Source: an uncultured bacterium
GTDB lineage: Bacteria; Chlamydiota; Chlamydiia; Chlamydiales; VFKH01
DNA: 64,000 nt
Assembly: GCA_964630595.1 (NCBI GenBank)
Contig: CAZVVT010000006.1
Coordinates: forward strand, 7,056 to 71,055
Direction: 5' to 3'
The position numbers and the translations under genes were made by a program. Positions 25,969 through 35,663 of this stretch are shown here, one piece after another (within the stretch, counting starts at the first letter, position 1; each line of letters opens with the position of its first letter). The notes beneath the pieces were generated by a model. The model had not been told where the DNA came from and made no database searches. It saw only the letters and a list, made by a program, of their open reading frames with translations.

Positions 25969-27120
25969 TTAGCAAAGCACGCAATCCTCAATTTTGCCGC
26001 CCAATGCTTGATAGATTTCGTCCCAGTCCACCATCAGCTCTAGACCCCCTTTTTCCTTGCGCTCTTTGCATCGATCGAGCGCGAACCGCAGTATGCCAGC
26101 ATCGTCTGCTATTCCAAGGACTCGTCGCGATTGCATTAAAGCACGTACTGTCCTTAGGTTTTCAGCCCGGACTGCCGCCATTAAGCAGTTATTCTCTGGC
26201 CGCACCCCAAGACTCAACAATTTCTCTACTTCGATTTCGCAGTAATGCCGCTTCTCAAATCCACAAAAAATCAATAAAGCTTGATCAAGACATTCCTTAG
26301 TTTTTGGAATTTCTAAATCGAGAGCATACTTTAAGTACCGAGGATCTTTTGTAGTTCGAGTAGCCTCGCAAGCTTGTGCAAAGAGCAAGCCAACGTGATC
26401 ATTCCCCCCTGGCAGAGCAGCAATTTTTTCTATAAAACGAGTTCCTGAGCTGTATTCTTTCTTACTGTCTACACAAAGTGCATAAAAAAGACTCAATTGA
26501 TTAGGTCTAGATCCCGCTCCATAGGCCAAATCAACAATGCGACTATTTCCCGTTTTGATAGCGCTATTTAAAACATTTTTTTCAACGGGGTTATCACGAT
26601 CGTGATCTTCTGCTCGAGCTCCCACATCAAAGGCCGCTTTAACAACCTCGTAAGAGCCCCATTCACAAGCGGCGAAAATCGTGTCCGCATCTGGAAGAGC
26701 CCTCTCTCTAAGCGCTTGAAAAAACATTTCCCTACTTTTTACTTCACAAGCAGATGTCAGCAGGGAAACCGCGGGCGCTACCGCTGCCGCTGCTGCGGCT
26801 CCTCCTGCTCCCGAAGCCGCAAATGTAGCCATTGCCGCAGCATGTGCCGGCGCTGCGGCAGCATATGCAGGCGCCCCTGGTCGTGCTCCGATAACAACGG
26901 CGTAAATCTCCGGAGTGCTTTCCCATGCAGCCGTTTCTGCCGCGCGACTCCACGGAGCTCCCATCGTTAACACCCACCTTACTGCAGCGGTTATGCGCGT
27001 CCTGCAAGCGCAAATCAATGTCAGCTCATCGGGCAGATCTCCTTGATCCAAACACCACGCAGCACCTGCTTGGTTTCCCGCCAAAACATAACCATTTAAT
27101 CTAGAAAGCCCACCAAACAT
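25969..27120 (-). CDS. Ankyrin-repeat protein with Ala-rich N-terminal region
   Basis: ATG at 27120 (tracked TTG at 27126). ANK-like units are IFAACEWGSYEVVKAAFDVGARAED, VLNSAIKTGNSRIVDLAYGAGSRPN and LMAAVRAENLRTVRALMQS. The 3-prime two-thirds of the gene is visibly AT-richer than neighbouring genes. Confidence 0.65.
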   Translation of the reverse strand: MFGGLSRLNGYVLAGNQAGAAWCLDQGDLPDELTLICACRTRITAAVRWVLTMGAPWSRAAETAAWESTPEIYAVVIGARPGAPAYAAAAPAHAAAMATFAASGAGGAAAAAAVAPAVSLLTSACEVKSREMFFQALRERALPDADTIFAACEWGSYEVVKAAFDVGARAEDHDRDNPVEKNVLNSAIKTGNSRIVDLAYGAGSRPNQLSLFYALCVDSKKEYSSGTRFIEKIAALPGGNDHVGLLFAQACEATRTTKDPRYLKYALDLEIPKTKECLDQALLIFCGFEKRHYCEIEVEKLLSLGVRPENNCLMAAVRAENLRTVRALMQSRRVLGIADDAGILRFALDRCKERKEKGGLELMVDWDEIYQALGGKIEDCVLC

Positions 27121-27183
27121 AACCAACCCATCGAAAATTTTTTCGCGATTGATTATCCATACTCAGGCCAAAAAAATCTTTTT

Positions 27184-27825
27184 TTAAAGAGATTGTAGAA
27201 ATTCCTGAAAAGCTTTCAGTACCCCATCGTTAATCTCGTGACCGCCCTTAAAGCCAAAAAAACGCCCCTGCCAGCCCGCCTCTTCTAAAACCTCGAAAAG
27301 TCGCTGCGCCGGAGCTAGTGGTAGGATGGGGTCTTCGTCGCCATGCGATTGGAAAAAAGCGATCGTCCGTGAAAGAGCAAGTCGCTTGGTATGGGGTGCA
27401 TCCAAAAGAGCGGAGGAAAAAAGCGCCAGCCCCTTAAAAGGCCGCTGGGATTGCAGAACCGCCTCTAAGGCCACCATGGATCCCTGGCTAAAGCCGCCAA
27501 TCACCGTTTGTGAGGGGTCCAGACCCAGCTCTTCGAGCGCACCCAGGACCTGCTGCGCTGCCTCTGCCAGCCCCGGCGGGCGGTCGAGTGTAAAGGGGTC
27601 TTTCTCCAGAAACTCCTCTAAATTGAAGGGAAACCAGGTGAAGGCGTGGGGGAAGAACTTATGCATCTCGATGGGAGCTTGTGGGAAGAGCGCGTAGCAG
27701 GGCGCAAGTAGCCTAGCCAGTCCGAGCAGGTCTTTGCCGTTAGCTCCATAACCGTGCAGAAGCACAAGGTTTGGCCCCTCCCCTTTTGTGCCCGCGGAAT
27801 AAAAAGTCAGCCCGTTGCTCTGCAT
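27184..27825 (-). CDS. Phospholipase/carboxylesterase-family alpha/beta hydrolase
   Basis: 213 aa. Has LVLLHGYGANGKDL, the nucleophile elbow GGFSQGSMVA, and a late HGDEDPILP...GGHEI. Confidence 0.85.
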   Translation of the reverse strand: MQSNGLTFYSAGTKGEGPNLVLLHGYGANGKDLLGLARLLAPCYALFPQAPIEMHKFFPHAFTWFPFNLEEFLEKDPFTLDRPPGLAEAAQQVLGALEELGLDPSQTVIGGFSQGSMVALEAVLQSQRPFKGLALFSSALLDAPHTKRLALSRTIAFFQSHGDEDPILPLAPAQRLFEVLEEAGWQGRFFGFKGGHEINDGVLKAFQEFLQSL

Positions 27826-27867
27826 ATTGACGCTCGCCTATGCCCTCTGTTATAACGAGGCGATTAT

Positions 27868-29364
27868 ATGTCATCAGTGGCTCCTTCACAAGAACGGGTG
27901 CAAAGCCCCAACATCATGGTCATTTTTGGCGCGACCGGCGATTTGACCGCACGCAAGCTGATGCCCGCTCTCTATAACCTCTGCCTAGACAAGCAGCTGC
28001 CGCCCCAATTTGCCTGCGTCGGCTTTGCGCGAAGAGACAAAACCGATGACGATTTCCGCAAAGAGATGCATGAAGCGGCGAGCAAATATTCGCGCAATAA
28101 ACCGCTCGATGAAAAAGTCTGGAGCGATTTTGGCCAGCGTATTTTTTACCACATCTCCGACTTCGATCAAGACGATGGCTACATCAGTCTCAAAAAACGA
28201 CTCGAAGAGCTCGACGCAAAATTAGGCACACAGGGCAACCGCGTCTTCTATCTCTCTACGCAGCCCAGCTTTTTTCCCATCATCGTAGAAAAACTACACG
28301 AACACGGTCTGATCTATCCCATCGAAGATAAAAAATGGTCGCGCGTGATTATTGAAAAGCCCTTTGGCCACGATCTCGCCTCGAGTATTGCTCTGCAAAA
28401 ACGGTTGAACAGCTGCCTCGATGAACGCCAGCTCTACCGCATCGACCACTACCTGGGCAAAGAGACGGTACAAAACCTCCTCGTCTTCCGCTTTGCCAAC
28501 TCCATCTTCGAGTCGGTCTGGAACAACCGCTACATCGACCACGTGCAAATTACCGTGGCGGAGAGCATCGGTGTGGGTTCTCGCGGTCGCCTCTGGGAAG
28601 AGTCGGGCATGCTGCGCGACATTGTGCAGAACCACATGATGCAGCTGCTGACTCTCACTACGATGGAGCCCCCCATCAGCCTTTCAGCGGATGACATTCG
28701 CGATGAAAAAGTCAAAGTGCTCAAAGCCATTCGCCCGCTGAAGATGGAGAATGTTGTACGCGGACAATATGTAGAGGGCACCATCGACAAAGAGACGACA
28801 CTGCCCTACCGAAAAGAGGCCAATGTGGCTCCAGACTCTACTGTGGAGACCTTTGTTGCCGCCGAACTCTTCATCGACAACTGGCGCTGGGCGGGCGTGC
28901 CCTTCTACCTGCGCGCAGGAAAGCGCCTACCCAGACGCACTACAGAAATCACGATTACTTTTAAGGACATCCCTTCCGTTCTTTTCCAGCAAAGCGGCAA
29001 GCCCTGTGCGAATAACATCCTAACGATGCGCATTCAGCCCAACGAGGGCATTGCGCTCAATTTCAACTCTAAAGTGCCTGGACCCAGCAGCCCAATCAAA
29101 CAGGTCATGATGGATTTCCGCTACGATTCCTACTTCGGCATGAGCCCTCCAGAGGCCTACGAAAGGCTGATTTGCGACTGTATGCTCGGAGAAAGCACCC
29201 TTTTTGCACGCATCGACGAAGTGGAGGCCTCCTGGAAGCTCTTTACGCCGGTGCTTGACTTTTGGGCGAAATCGAAGGACATTGCGACTTACCCAGCCGG
29301 CACGTGGGGACCAACAAGTGCCGACCAACTCATTAATCGAGAGGGCCGTACATGGCATCTGTAG
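27868..29364 (+). CDS. zwf: Glucose-6-phosphate 1-dehydrogenase
   Basis: 498 aa. Contains IFGATGDLTARKLMPALYNL, the active-site motif RIDHYLGKE, and EKPFG. Confidence 0.96.
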   Translation: MSSVAPSQERVQSPNIMVIFGATGDLTARKLMPALYNLCLDKQLPPQFACVGFARRDKTDDDFRKEMHEAASKYSRNKPLDEKVWSDFGQRIFYHISDFDQDDGYISLKKRLEELDAKLGTQGNRVFYLSTQPSFFPIIVEKLHEHGLIYPIEDKKWSRVIIEKPFGHDLASSIALQKRLNSCLDERQLYRIDHYLGKETVQNLLVFRFANSIFESVWNNRYIDHVQITVAESIGVGSRGRLWEESGMLRDIVQNHMMQLLTLTTMEPPISLSADDIRDEKVKVLKAIRPLKMENVVRGQYVEGTIDKETTLPYRKEANVAPDSTVETFVAAELFIDNWRWAGVPFYLRAGKRLPRRTTEITITFKDIPSVLFQQSGKPCANNILTMRIQPNEGIALNFNSKVPGPSSPIKQVMMDFRYDSYFGMSPPEAYERLICDCMLGESTLFARIDEVEASWKLFTPVLDFWAKSKDIATYPAGTWGPTSADQLINREGRTWHL

Positions 29365-30092
29365 TGAGAGCTTTCGATGACCGCCGCAGTCTTGCCGTGT
29401 TGCCAAACAAGCAGCAGGCCATTGAGTTTGCCTCTCGCCAGTTCCTCCACCTTGCCAAGGATGCCATTGCCGCTCGCGGAGTCTTTACCGTGGCGCTCTC
29501 CGGAGGGCATACCCCCAAGGCCGTCTTCGAAGATCTTCTTCTGCATAGCGATGCCATCAATTGGGCCCACGTTAAGCTCTTCTGGAGCGACGAGCGTGCT
29601 GTGCCCCCTGACGCAGAAGAGAGCAACTACCACATGGCGATGACAGCTGCTTTTTCAAAGCTTCCCATCCCGCCAGAAAACATCCACCGCATGTATGCCG
29701 AACGCGACATTGACCAAGAAGCCATTCAGTACGAAGCTCTGATCAAAGCCAACATGGAGGCCTTCGATTTGGTGATGCTCGGCATGGGCGATGACGGCCA
29801 TACAGCCTCCCTCTTTCCCCATACAAAGGCCTTGAACATCACAGATCGTCTTGTGGCTGCAAACTTTGTCCCTGAAAAAAACACTTGGCGCATGACGCTC
29901 ACGTACGAGGGCATCCACCGCGCTCGCAACATCGTCTTCTATGTTCTGGGAGACTCCAAGTCAGCGATGGTGAAGCACGTCCTCACCGATCCCCTCGACA
30001 TTCGCACCTATCCTGCACAAGGCGTGGGTCGCACTAGCCTCAAAGCCCTCTGGCTCCTTGACCAACCCGCCGCCAGCCAGTTAGGCATCTGA
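29352..30092 (+). CDS. pgl: 6-phosphogluconolactonase
   Basis: 246 aa. Contains ALSGGHTP, LFWSDER and GMGDDGHTASLFP. It overlaps the zwf end by 13 nt. Confidence 0.93.
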   Translation: MASVVRAFDDRRSLAVLPNKQQAIEFASRQFLHLAKDAIAARGVFTVALSGGHTPKAVFEDLLLHSDAINWAHVKLFWSDERAVPPDAEESNYHMAMTAAFSKLPIPPENIHRMYAERDIDQEAIQYEALIKANMEAFDLVMLGMGDDGHTASLFPHTKALNITDRLVAANFVPEKNTWRMTLTYEGIHRARNIVFYVLGDSKSAMVKHVLTDPLDIRTYPAQGVGRTSLKALWLLDQPAASQLGI

Positions 30093-31742
30093 GCCGCCAG
30101 CGGCTGCACCGGCCCCGCTTGCTGCAACGGTTCCGGCCTTTTCTCTGACAAAGGCCTTCAATTCTTTCAGCTCGCTGCCTTTTGTGAAATACGCTGTCAG
30201 CCCCCTTGCTACAAACATAGCGCGCGTATCGCCGGCTTCTGATGAATACCCCACCAGGGTAATTCCTTTTTCTGAAAGCGCTTTTACCTTTTGCTCTTTC
30301 GTCACCAAGTCCACCTCAGGGCAGAACTTTTTCACAAGGTAATCGGCGATTGCAGGGCCATTCATGGGATCACCCACGGCTAGATTGCAATCCAAAATAT
30401 AGAGATTGAAGAAAGCTCCACCGTCAAGCGCAGCCTGCAATTCATAGGAACTAGAAAAAACTTTTGCCCCTGGATTGAGTCTTTGCAGCATCTTTCGAAT
30501 GATGAGCTCGTCATCGACGATGGCGATGGTAAGCGGCCCTGGATCGATCACCGAATCGCGACGCACTTCTGCAGCTTCCGCCGGCGCAAGAGGAAAGCAA
30601 AGCTCGAAAGAGTTCAACTTTCCCGCTGCTATAGCAGTGGTGCTCAACTCTCCGCCCAGTTGTTCAACAAGGCGCTGTGCAATGAGCTGAGACCAACCAT
30701 AAACGCCGCCATGACGAAAACGCAGTGCGCCCGGCTCCCACGAACGCAGTTCGCTGAGCGTGTCGCTGTCCTGAATTGCAAAGCGGACCGCTCCAGGTGT
30801 ATCGCCCAAGGAAACGGTGACGTTCACTTTCGCAGCAAAGGTCGTTGCAACAAAGAGAAGGTGCTCAATCACTGCTTGCACAAGAGAGGCATCGCCGAGA
30901 AAAGCCGGCGCTGCTGCAGGTAGCACCAATGAGGCACCCGGGTCCAATTTTATCGATCGCAGGCTGTCTAGACGGAAAGGGGCGACAGTGGTCGCCATCT
31001 TCTCCCCTTTTGGAAGATCAACGCGCGCAAAATTGAGAGACAGCGTTTTGAGCAACGCCTCACCCGTGCCGTTACTGATGAGGTCATTCACCAGTCGTGC
31101 TATAGCAGAGCGCTCGCTTTCGCGTATTTCTCTCTCGAATTCTAATTGCGCAGCAGAAACGGGGGTGCAATGAAAGTGCCACATCTCCGTAGTCCCGATC
31201 ATCACGCGCTTGATTTCAAGAGTAAAATGGAACTTCTGCCCCAGGTCGTTGACCAGGTAACAACGCACGTTGGAATCTCGGCTCATTCCCCGAAGATCTA
31301 AGATGCCCTTAGAAGTATGAAAAATCGCAGGGAAAGGCTTGCTGAGAACGGCTTCCTGAGAAAGCCCTATAACAAAGGGAAAGCTATCACTTGCTCCGCA
31401 AACGGTTCCATCCAGATGAACAAAAAAGTCGCACTGTCGAGCCATATCTCGAAGAACATGCTCTAGAAAGAGTTTTCTTCTGTCCGGAGAAAGATCGCTT
31501 GTGGAAATAGGTGACCCTCTTCCTGCCATGGGAGAAAGGCGCGCATGAGGACGCGTTGGAGTGGTTAGTCCCGCCGCCACGCCAGAAGGGAAAACAACGG
31601 CTCCGACCCTTCTTAATACGGGTCCTCTGTCAGGGACAATCCTTTGAGGTAAAGGAGCTAGCCTTGTAGAGGCTGCAGAAGGGGTTGGTGTATATCGAAA
31701 ACTGGTAGTGTTAGGGACTGTCATGGGCGAATATTGTACCAT
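30081..31742 (-). CDS. Hybrid PAS-like / degenerate histidine-kinase ATPase-like / receiver-domain protein
   Basis: 553 aa. The C-terminal receiver has LTIAIVDDELIIRKML...FNLYILDCNL. The central region resembles HATPase_c (VTVSLGDTPGAVRFAIQDSD...GGVYGWSQLIAQRLVEQLGGELS...FELCFPL), but I see no H-box His and no canonical N/G1/G2 boxes. About the first 90 aa are Pro/Ser/Thr/Arg-rich. Confidence 0.65.
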   Translation of the reverse strand: MVQYSPMTVPNTTSFRYTPTPSAASTRLAPLPQRIVPDRGPVLRRVGAVVFPSGVAAGLTTPTRPHARLSPMAGRGSPISTSDLSPDRRKLFLEHVLRDMARQCDFFVHLDGTVCGASDSFPFVIGLSQEAVLSKPFPAIFHTSKGILDLRGMSRDSNVRCYLVNDLGQKFHFTLEIKRVMIGTTEMWHFHCTPVSAAQLEFEREIRESERSAIARLVNDLISNGTGEALLKTLSLNFARVDLPKGEKMATTVAPFRLDSLRSIKLDPGASLVLPAAAPAFLGDASLVQAVIEHLLFVATTFAAKVNVTVSLGDTPGAVRFAIQDSDTLSELRSWEPGALRFRHGGVYGWSQLIAQRLVEQLGGELSTTAIAAGKLNSFELCFPLAPAEAAEVRRDSVIDPGPLTIAIVDDELIIRKMLQRLNPGAKVFSSSYELQAALDGGAFFNLYILDCNLAVGDPMNGPAIADYLVKKFCPEVDLVTKEQKVKALSEKGITLVGYSSEAGDTRAMFVARGLTAYFTKGSELKELKAFVREKAGTVAASGAGAAAGGSDA

Positions 31743-31792
31743 AAACTCCTTTTTTCAGGCTTGTTGAAATTGGGGGTTTATGGGATGATAAA

Positions 31793-32716
31793 GTGATCTT
31801 TCAACCCAAAAAGAAGGTTGTGGAAGATCGCATAAAGAAAAGCCTACCCTCCGATTCCTCGAAGAAAAGCTTCGTAACAAAGATCGAAGACCGGCTTGTG
31901 CCTGAACTAAGGGCCAAACTCCTCGCCGACAGCTACCAGTTCGACACCCCCCCGTATACGGCCTTTCAGGCCAAAACGGACGGGCTGACCTGTACAGTCT
32001 ACCTGTCGGGCAAAGTGGTCGTACAGGGCCGGAAAACGGCCGAATTTGTCTCTTTTACCCTCTCCCCCCTTACCTACACCCCCACAGAGGCCCATATCGG
32101 CAGCGATGAGGCCGGAAAAGGCGACTTTTTTGGGCCCCTAGTGATCGCCGCCGCCTATTTGGGCGAGGGCGACGACCTCAAAATGAGCGAACTGGGGGTA
32201 CGGGATAGTAAAGACCTCTCCGATGAGCAGTGCAAGCGACTGGCCGACCAGATCGACGCCCTGCTGATTTCGCACACGATCTGCCTGATGCCCGAGACCT
32301 ACAACCGCCTTTGGGCCCGCTTTAAGAACCTCAACCGCCTGCTGGCCTGGGCTCATGTGGAGGCCTTGCGCCAAGTTTCTGCCAAAAGCGGGTGCAAAAA
32401 GGCGCTGGTTGACCAGTTTGCACACGAAGGGGTGGTGGGCTCTTTTGCAAAGGACTCCGAGTTGAAGATTGAACAGCGAACGCGCGCTGAAAGCGATTTG
32501 GCCGTGGCCGCCGCCTCCATTTTGGCCCGCGCAGAGTTCCTGCGATCGCTAGACCGTTTGAGCAAACAAATAGGACGCACTCTGCCCAAGGGCTCTTCCG
32601 ACCCCTCTGTGATCAAGACCGGCGTTGTCATTGCCAAAGAACAGGGCAACGAAACTTTAGGAACTGTGGCAAAGTCGCACTTTAAAACCTGGGACAAAGT
32701 CCAGGAGCTGTTATGA
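31793..32716 (+). CDS. rnhC: Ribonuclease HIII
   Basis: 307 aa (GTG start in the track). Has an N-terminal TBP-like extension followed by GSDEAGKGDFFGPLVIAA and DSKDLSD. Confidence 0.88.
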   Translation: MIFQPKKKVVEDRIKKSLPSDSSKKSFVTKIEDRLVPELRAKLLADSYQFDTPPYTAFQAKTDGLTCTVYLSGKVVVQGRKTAEFVSFTLSPLTYTPTEAHIGSDEAGKGDFFGPLVIAAAYLGEGDDLKMSELGVRDSKDLSDEQCKRLADQIDALLISHTICLMPETYNRLWARFKNLNRLLAWAHVEALRQVSAKSGCKKALVDQFAHEGVVGSFAKDSELKIEQRTRAESDLAVAAASILARAEFLRSLDRLSKQIGRTLPKGSSDPSVIKTGVVIAKEQGNETLGTVAKSHFKTWDKVQELL

Positions 32717-33174
32717 GCGTGAATCGAAAAGACATTTTCTACACCACCGGGATGATGATTCTCATTACCGCGATTACTTTGGCGGCCAATGTATTGATCC
32801 TTTTCCCCGCATTCACCACCACCGTCTTCCGCGGCCAAGTGCAGGTGAAAGCCATTTCCGTTTCCGCTGCAGAACAAAAGCCCCTCTTTGTGAGCGTTGA
32901 GCAAAAAAGTGAAATCGTGGCCCTGCTCAATGAGAGTGATATACTAGAGCACAACCCCACCACCGCACAAAAAAACGATCCTCTCTTTCAAACGGTTTCG
33001 ATCCATCCATTTGAAAATGGCGAAATCATCCATCTCGAGCTGTGTGGGACAGTAGACGAAAAAATGGTGCTTATTGTGACCGAGGGAGATAAGTTAATCC
33101 ATCTGATGGAAAAAAATCCCGGAGCCTTACAAAAGGCGCTCACGAAAGTCTATGCTCAAAGCATTACGCGTTAA
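32713..33174 (+). CDS. Hypothetical membrane-anchored protein
   Basis: 153 aa with a single N-terminal TM (MMILITAITLAANVLILFPAF). It has 4-nt and 23-nt overlaps with the flanking genes. Confidence 0.5.
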   Translation: MSVNRKDIFYTTGMMILITAITLAANVLILFPAFTTTVFRGQVQVKAISVSAAEQKPLFVSVEQKSEIVALLNESDILEHNPTTAQKNDPLFQTVSIHPFENGEIIHLELCGTVDEKMVLIVTEGDKLIHLMEKNPGALQKALTKVYAQSITR

Positions 33175-34720
33175 AAACATCGCTCTCATTGCCGATACCG
33201 ATATAGAGTTCGCGGCAGGACTCAACATCATTTCCGGAGAGACCGGTTCGGGAAAATCCTCTTTGATGACCGCTTTAAAACTCAGCCTTGGCGGCAGGCT
33301 CGATACTGATTTCATCCGCACGGGAGAAACAAAAGCCCTTATACAGGCGCAATTTTCCGTTCCAGAGTGCCTCAAGGAGCGTTTTGAGGAAGATACCATC
33401 ATTCTTACACGCGAGTTTTCCGGCGGGAAAAGCCGCGCTCTCATCAATGACCGCATTGTCACAGCAGCTACACTAGACGAAGTGGGCAAACTCCTTGTCG
33501 ACGTATCAACGCAAGGCGCAAAAGATGCGCTGCGAAACGAAGAGGCGCAAGGGCTCTTGCTCGACGCCTTTGCAGAGGCGTCGAGCCTGCGAAGCGAGCT
33601 GCAGGCACATTTTCTTTCATGGACTGAAGCAAAAAACACCCTCCAAATGCTCCAGAAGGCCTCTTTGCGTAAAGAAAAAGCGCTAGAGGAGTTGCACAAG
33701 CGTATAGAGCTGTTAGAGAGCTCCTCTCTTCTCAGCGAGGAAAAGGCGCTCTTTGCAGAGTACAGTGCTCTCGAAGAAAAACGCGAAGCACAAGCGACTG
33801 TTAGCAAGGCGGCAGAGCTGATTTCTTCCGAATGGATAGCGCGTCTAGAAAGAGCTTATCAAGGCGCTTTGCGCTTTCCCCTCATTGCTCCTCTCGCCAC
33901 TTCTCTTGCTGCTCTGATCGAAGAGGCGCGAGAAAGCGCCTTTCAATGCGAGCTTTTTCTAGAAGCACAAACTGCTGAAGATCGTCTCCATCAATTAGGC
34001 GCGGCTTTTCACACAATCGACCTTCTCAAAGCAGAATTTGGCCAAGATCTGGATGCGATAAACCAAGCTTTGGCACAAGCCAAAACAGCCCTCGGGCAAC
34101 TCGAGAATCTGGAAGAGGAGTTGCTGCTTGCAAAAGAGGCGGAAGCACAATCTGCTCAAGCCGTGACAGCCGCAGCTGCGGCCCTATCTGCGAAAAGGGC
34201 AAAAGGAGCAAAGCGCCTTAGTGAAGCGGTCACAAGCCATCTGCAATCGCTCAACATGGAGGGAAGCCGCTTTCTCGTAGCTCTGATCCCCCAAGAACTC
34301 TCTCAAGGCGGTAAAGAGTCGATCCAATTCCAACTTCAAGCCAACCGCGGCGAGGGGGTTGTTGATTTGGGCAAAACGGCCAGCGGCGGTGAACTATCGC
34401 GCCTCTTTCTAGCAATCAAAGCCTGCATGGCGGGCAAGTCCAACATTCCCGTGCTTTTACTGGATGAGGTTGATGCCAATTTGAGCGGTCGCACAGGAGC
34501 GGTCTTAGCGCAGCGCCTAAAAGAAATTAGCTCAAACCATCAAGTGATCGCCATCACCCATTTGCCCTCGGTAGCACAGGAGGCTGACCACCACTTAGGT
34601 GTTGATAAAGAGCATGTTGGGGGAAGAACGCACACTCGCGTGCGCATTCTCAATAAAAAAGAAAAGAAGGCTGAGATTGAGCGTATGATCGGCCTTGACT
34701 CTAAAACACCCGTTGCATAA
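33152..34720 (+). CDS. recN: DNA repair protein RecN (SMC-like ATPase)
   Basis: 522 aa. Has MLKALRVKNIALI...GLNIISGETGSGKSSL (Walker A), a long central coiled coil, SGGELSRLFLAIK (signature) and LLLDEVDANL (Walker B). Confidence 0.9.
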   Translation: MLKALRVKNIALIADTDIEFAAGLNIISGETGSGKSSLMTALKLSLGGRLDTDFIRTGETKALIQAQFSVPECLKERFEEDTIILTREFSGGKSRALINDRIVTAATLDEVGKLLVDVSTQGAKDALRNEEAQGLLLDAFAEASSLRSELQAHFLSWTEAKNTLQMLQKASLRKEKALEELHKRIELLESSSLLSEEKALFAEYSALEEKREAQATVSKAAELISSEWIARLERAYQGALRFPLIAPLATSLAALIEEARESAFQCELFLEAQTAEDRLHQLGAAFHTIDLLKAEFGQDLDAINQALAQAKTALGQLENLEEELLLAKEAEAQSAQAVTAAAAALSAKRAKGAKRLSEAVTSHLQSLNMEGSRFLVALIPQELSQGGKESIQFQLQANRGEGVVDLGKTASGGELSRLFLAIKACMAGKSNIPVLLLDEVDANLSGRTGAVLAQRLKEISSNHQVIAITHLPSVAQEADHHLGVDKEHVGGRTHTRVRILNKKEKKAEIERMIGLDSKTPVA

Positions 34721-34732
34721 ATCTGTCAGCCT

Positions 34733-35650
34733 GTGAACAAAAAACTCGTTGTCCTACTCGCAGCATCCCAGCTTTTTGCCAACGATGCGAGCTTCTTAAA
34801 CACCGCGCTCTTCCAAGTGAAGAACTTTAAGGATAGCCTCTGCTCTCCCTGTCCTGCCTATCCTTACGGTATTCAGGCGACAGCGGATGGTTTTGGCAAA
34901 GCAAAACGCAATAACGTTCCCGCACAGAACATTCGCTATGCAGAGCTTGAAGTAGATGGGCTCTACGGAATCAAAACCGACGGCCTCAGCGGCTTCACTT
35001 TTGAAGCAGGTTATGGTGCTTATGAGATGAAGTGGCAAGGCAACCCTTTCTTTAGCCAAAGCACCTACAACTATGTCAATCTTGGCATATTGGCCTACAC
35101 AGGCGGCATTGACCGTTGGTTCTGGCAAGTGGGTTTGGGCACGCACCTGAATGAAGACCATGGTAATGGGTTTCTCTACTACGCTCGCTCCAGCGCTTTC
35201 TTCTGGGGTCGCTACACCATCACTCCTTGCGCTGGCTTCCACATCGGAACGCTCACCTTGACTGGCATTCGCAAGACTACCACCTGCCCTATCGTCGGCT
35301 TCGACTGGACAATCTCCAAGCACTGGCAGCTCAATGCGATCTTCCCCATCAACATGAACATCAACTACGTGTTCAATGAGAAATGGTACTTAGGCATCAA
35401 CGTAAGGCCCTTTATCTCTCGCCAGCGCGTTGGCAATAATGAGCCCCTTGCTCGCGGCATCTGGGAATACACCGCCACCGGCACCGAACTTCAGCTCGTC
35501 TATGACTGGAAGGGTCTGGCCGTCTACCTCTTCGGTGGTACTGCTCTGAGCTCCAAACTCAAGGTCACCAACTGGCAATCTGGAAATGCTACCATCCAGA
35601 AGTTTGGCTCTGCCCCGTACGCCGGCTTCTCCTTCCTCTGGGCTTTTTAA
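34733..35650 (+). CDS. Outer-membrane beta-barrel protein (putative porin), Cys-containing
   Basis: 305 aa (GTG start). Signal peptide is MNKKLVVLLAASQLFA. The sequence has an alternating aromatic/Gly beta-strand pattern and ends in Phe (FSFLWAF). Confidence 0.7.
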   Translation: MNKKLVVLLAASQLFANDASFLNTALFQVKNFKDSLCSPCPAYPYGIQATADGFGKAKRNNVPAQNIRYAELEVDGLYGIKTDGLSGFTFEAGYGAYEMKWQGNPFFSQSTYNYVNLGILAYTGGIDRWFWQVGLGTHLNEDHGNGFLYYARSSAFFWGRYTITPCAGFHIGTLTLTGIRKTTTCPIVGFDWTISKHWQLNAIFPINMNINYVFNEKWYLGINVRPFISRQRVGNNEPLARGIWEYTATGTELQLVYDWKGLAVYLFGGTALSSKLKVTNWQSGNATIQKFGSAPYAGFSFLWAF

Positions 35651-35663
35651 ATTAGGCTGTTAT

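Noticed and set aside
26602-27013. ORFs of 122 aa (plus strand) and 89 aa (minus strand) rich in Cys/Arg/Ser lie within the Ala-rich region of the ankyrin gene.
   Set aside because: They are alternative-frame or antisense readings of a GCN-rich (poly-Ala) segment. Their composition is artefactual and there is no start context.
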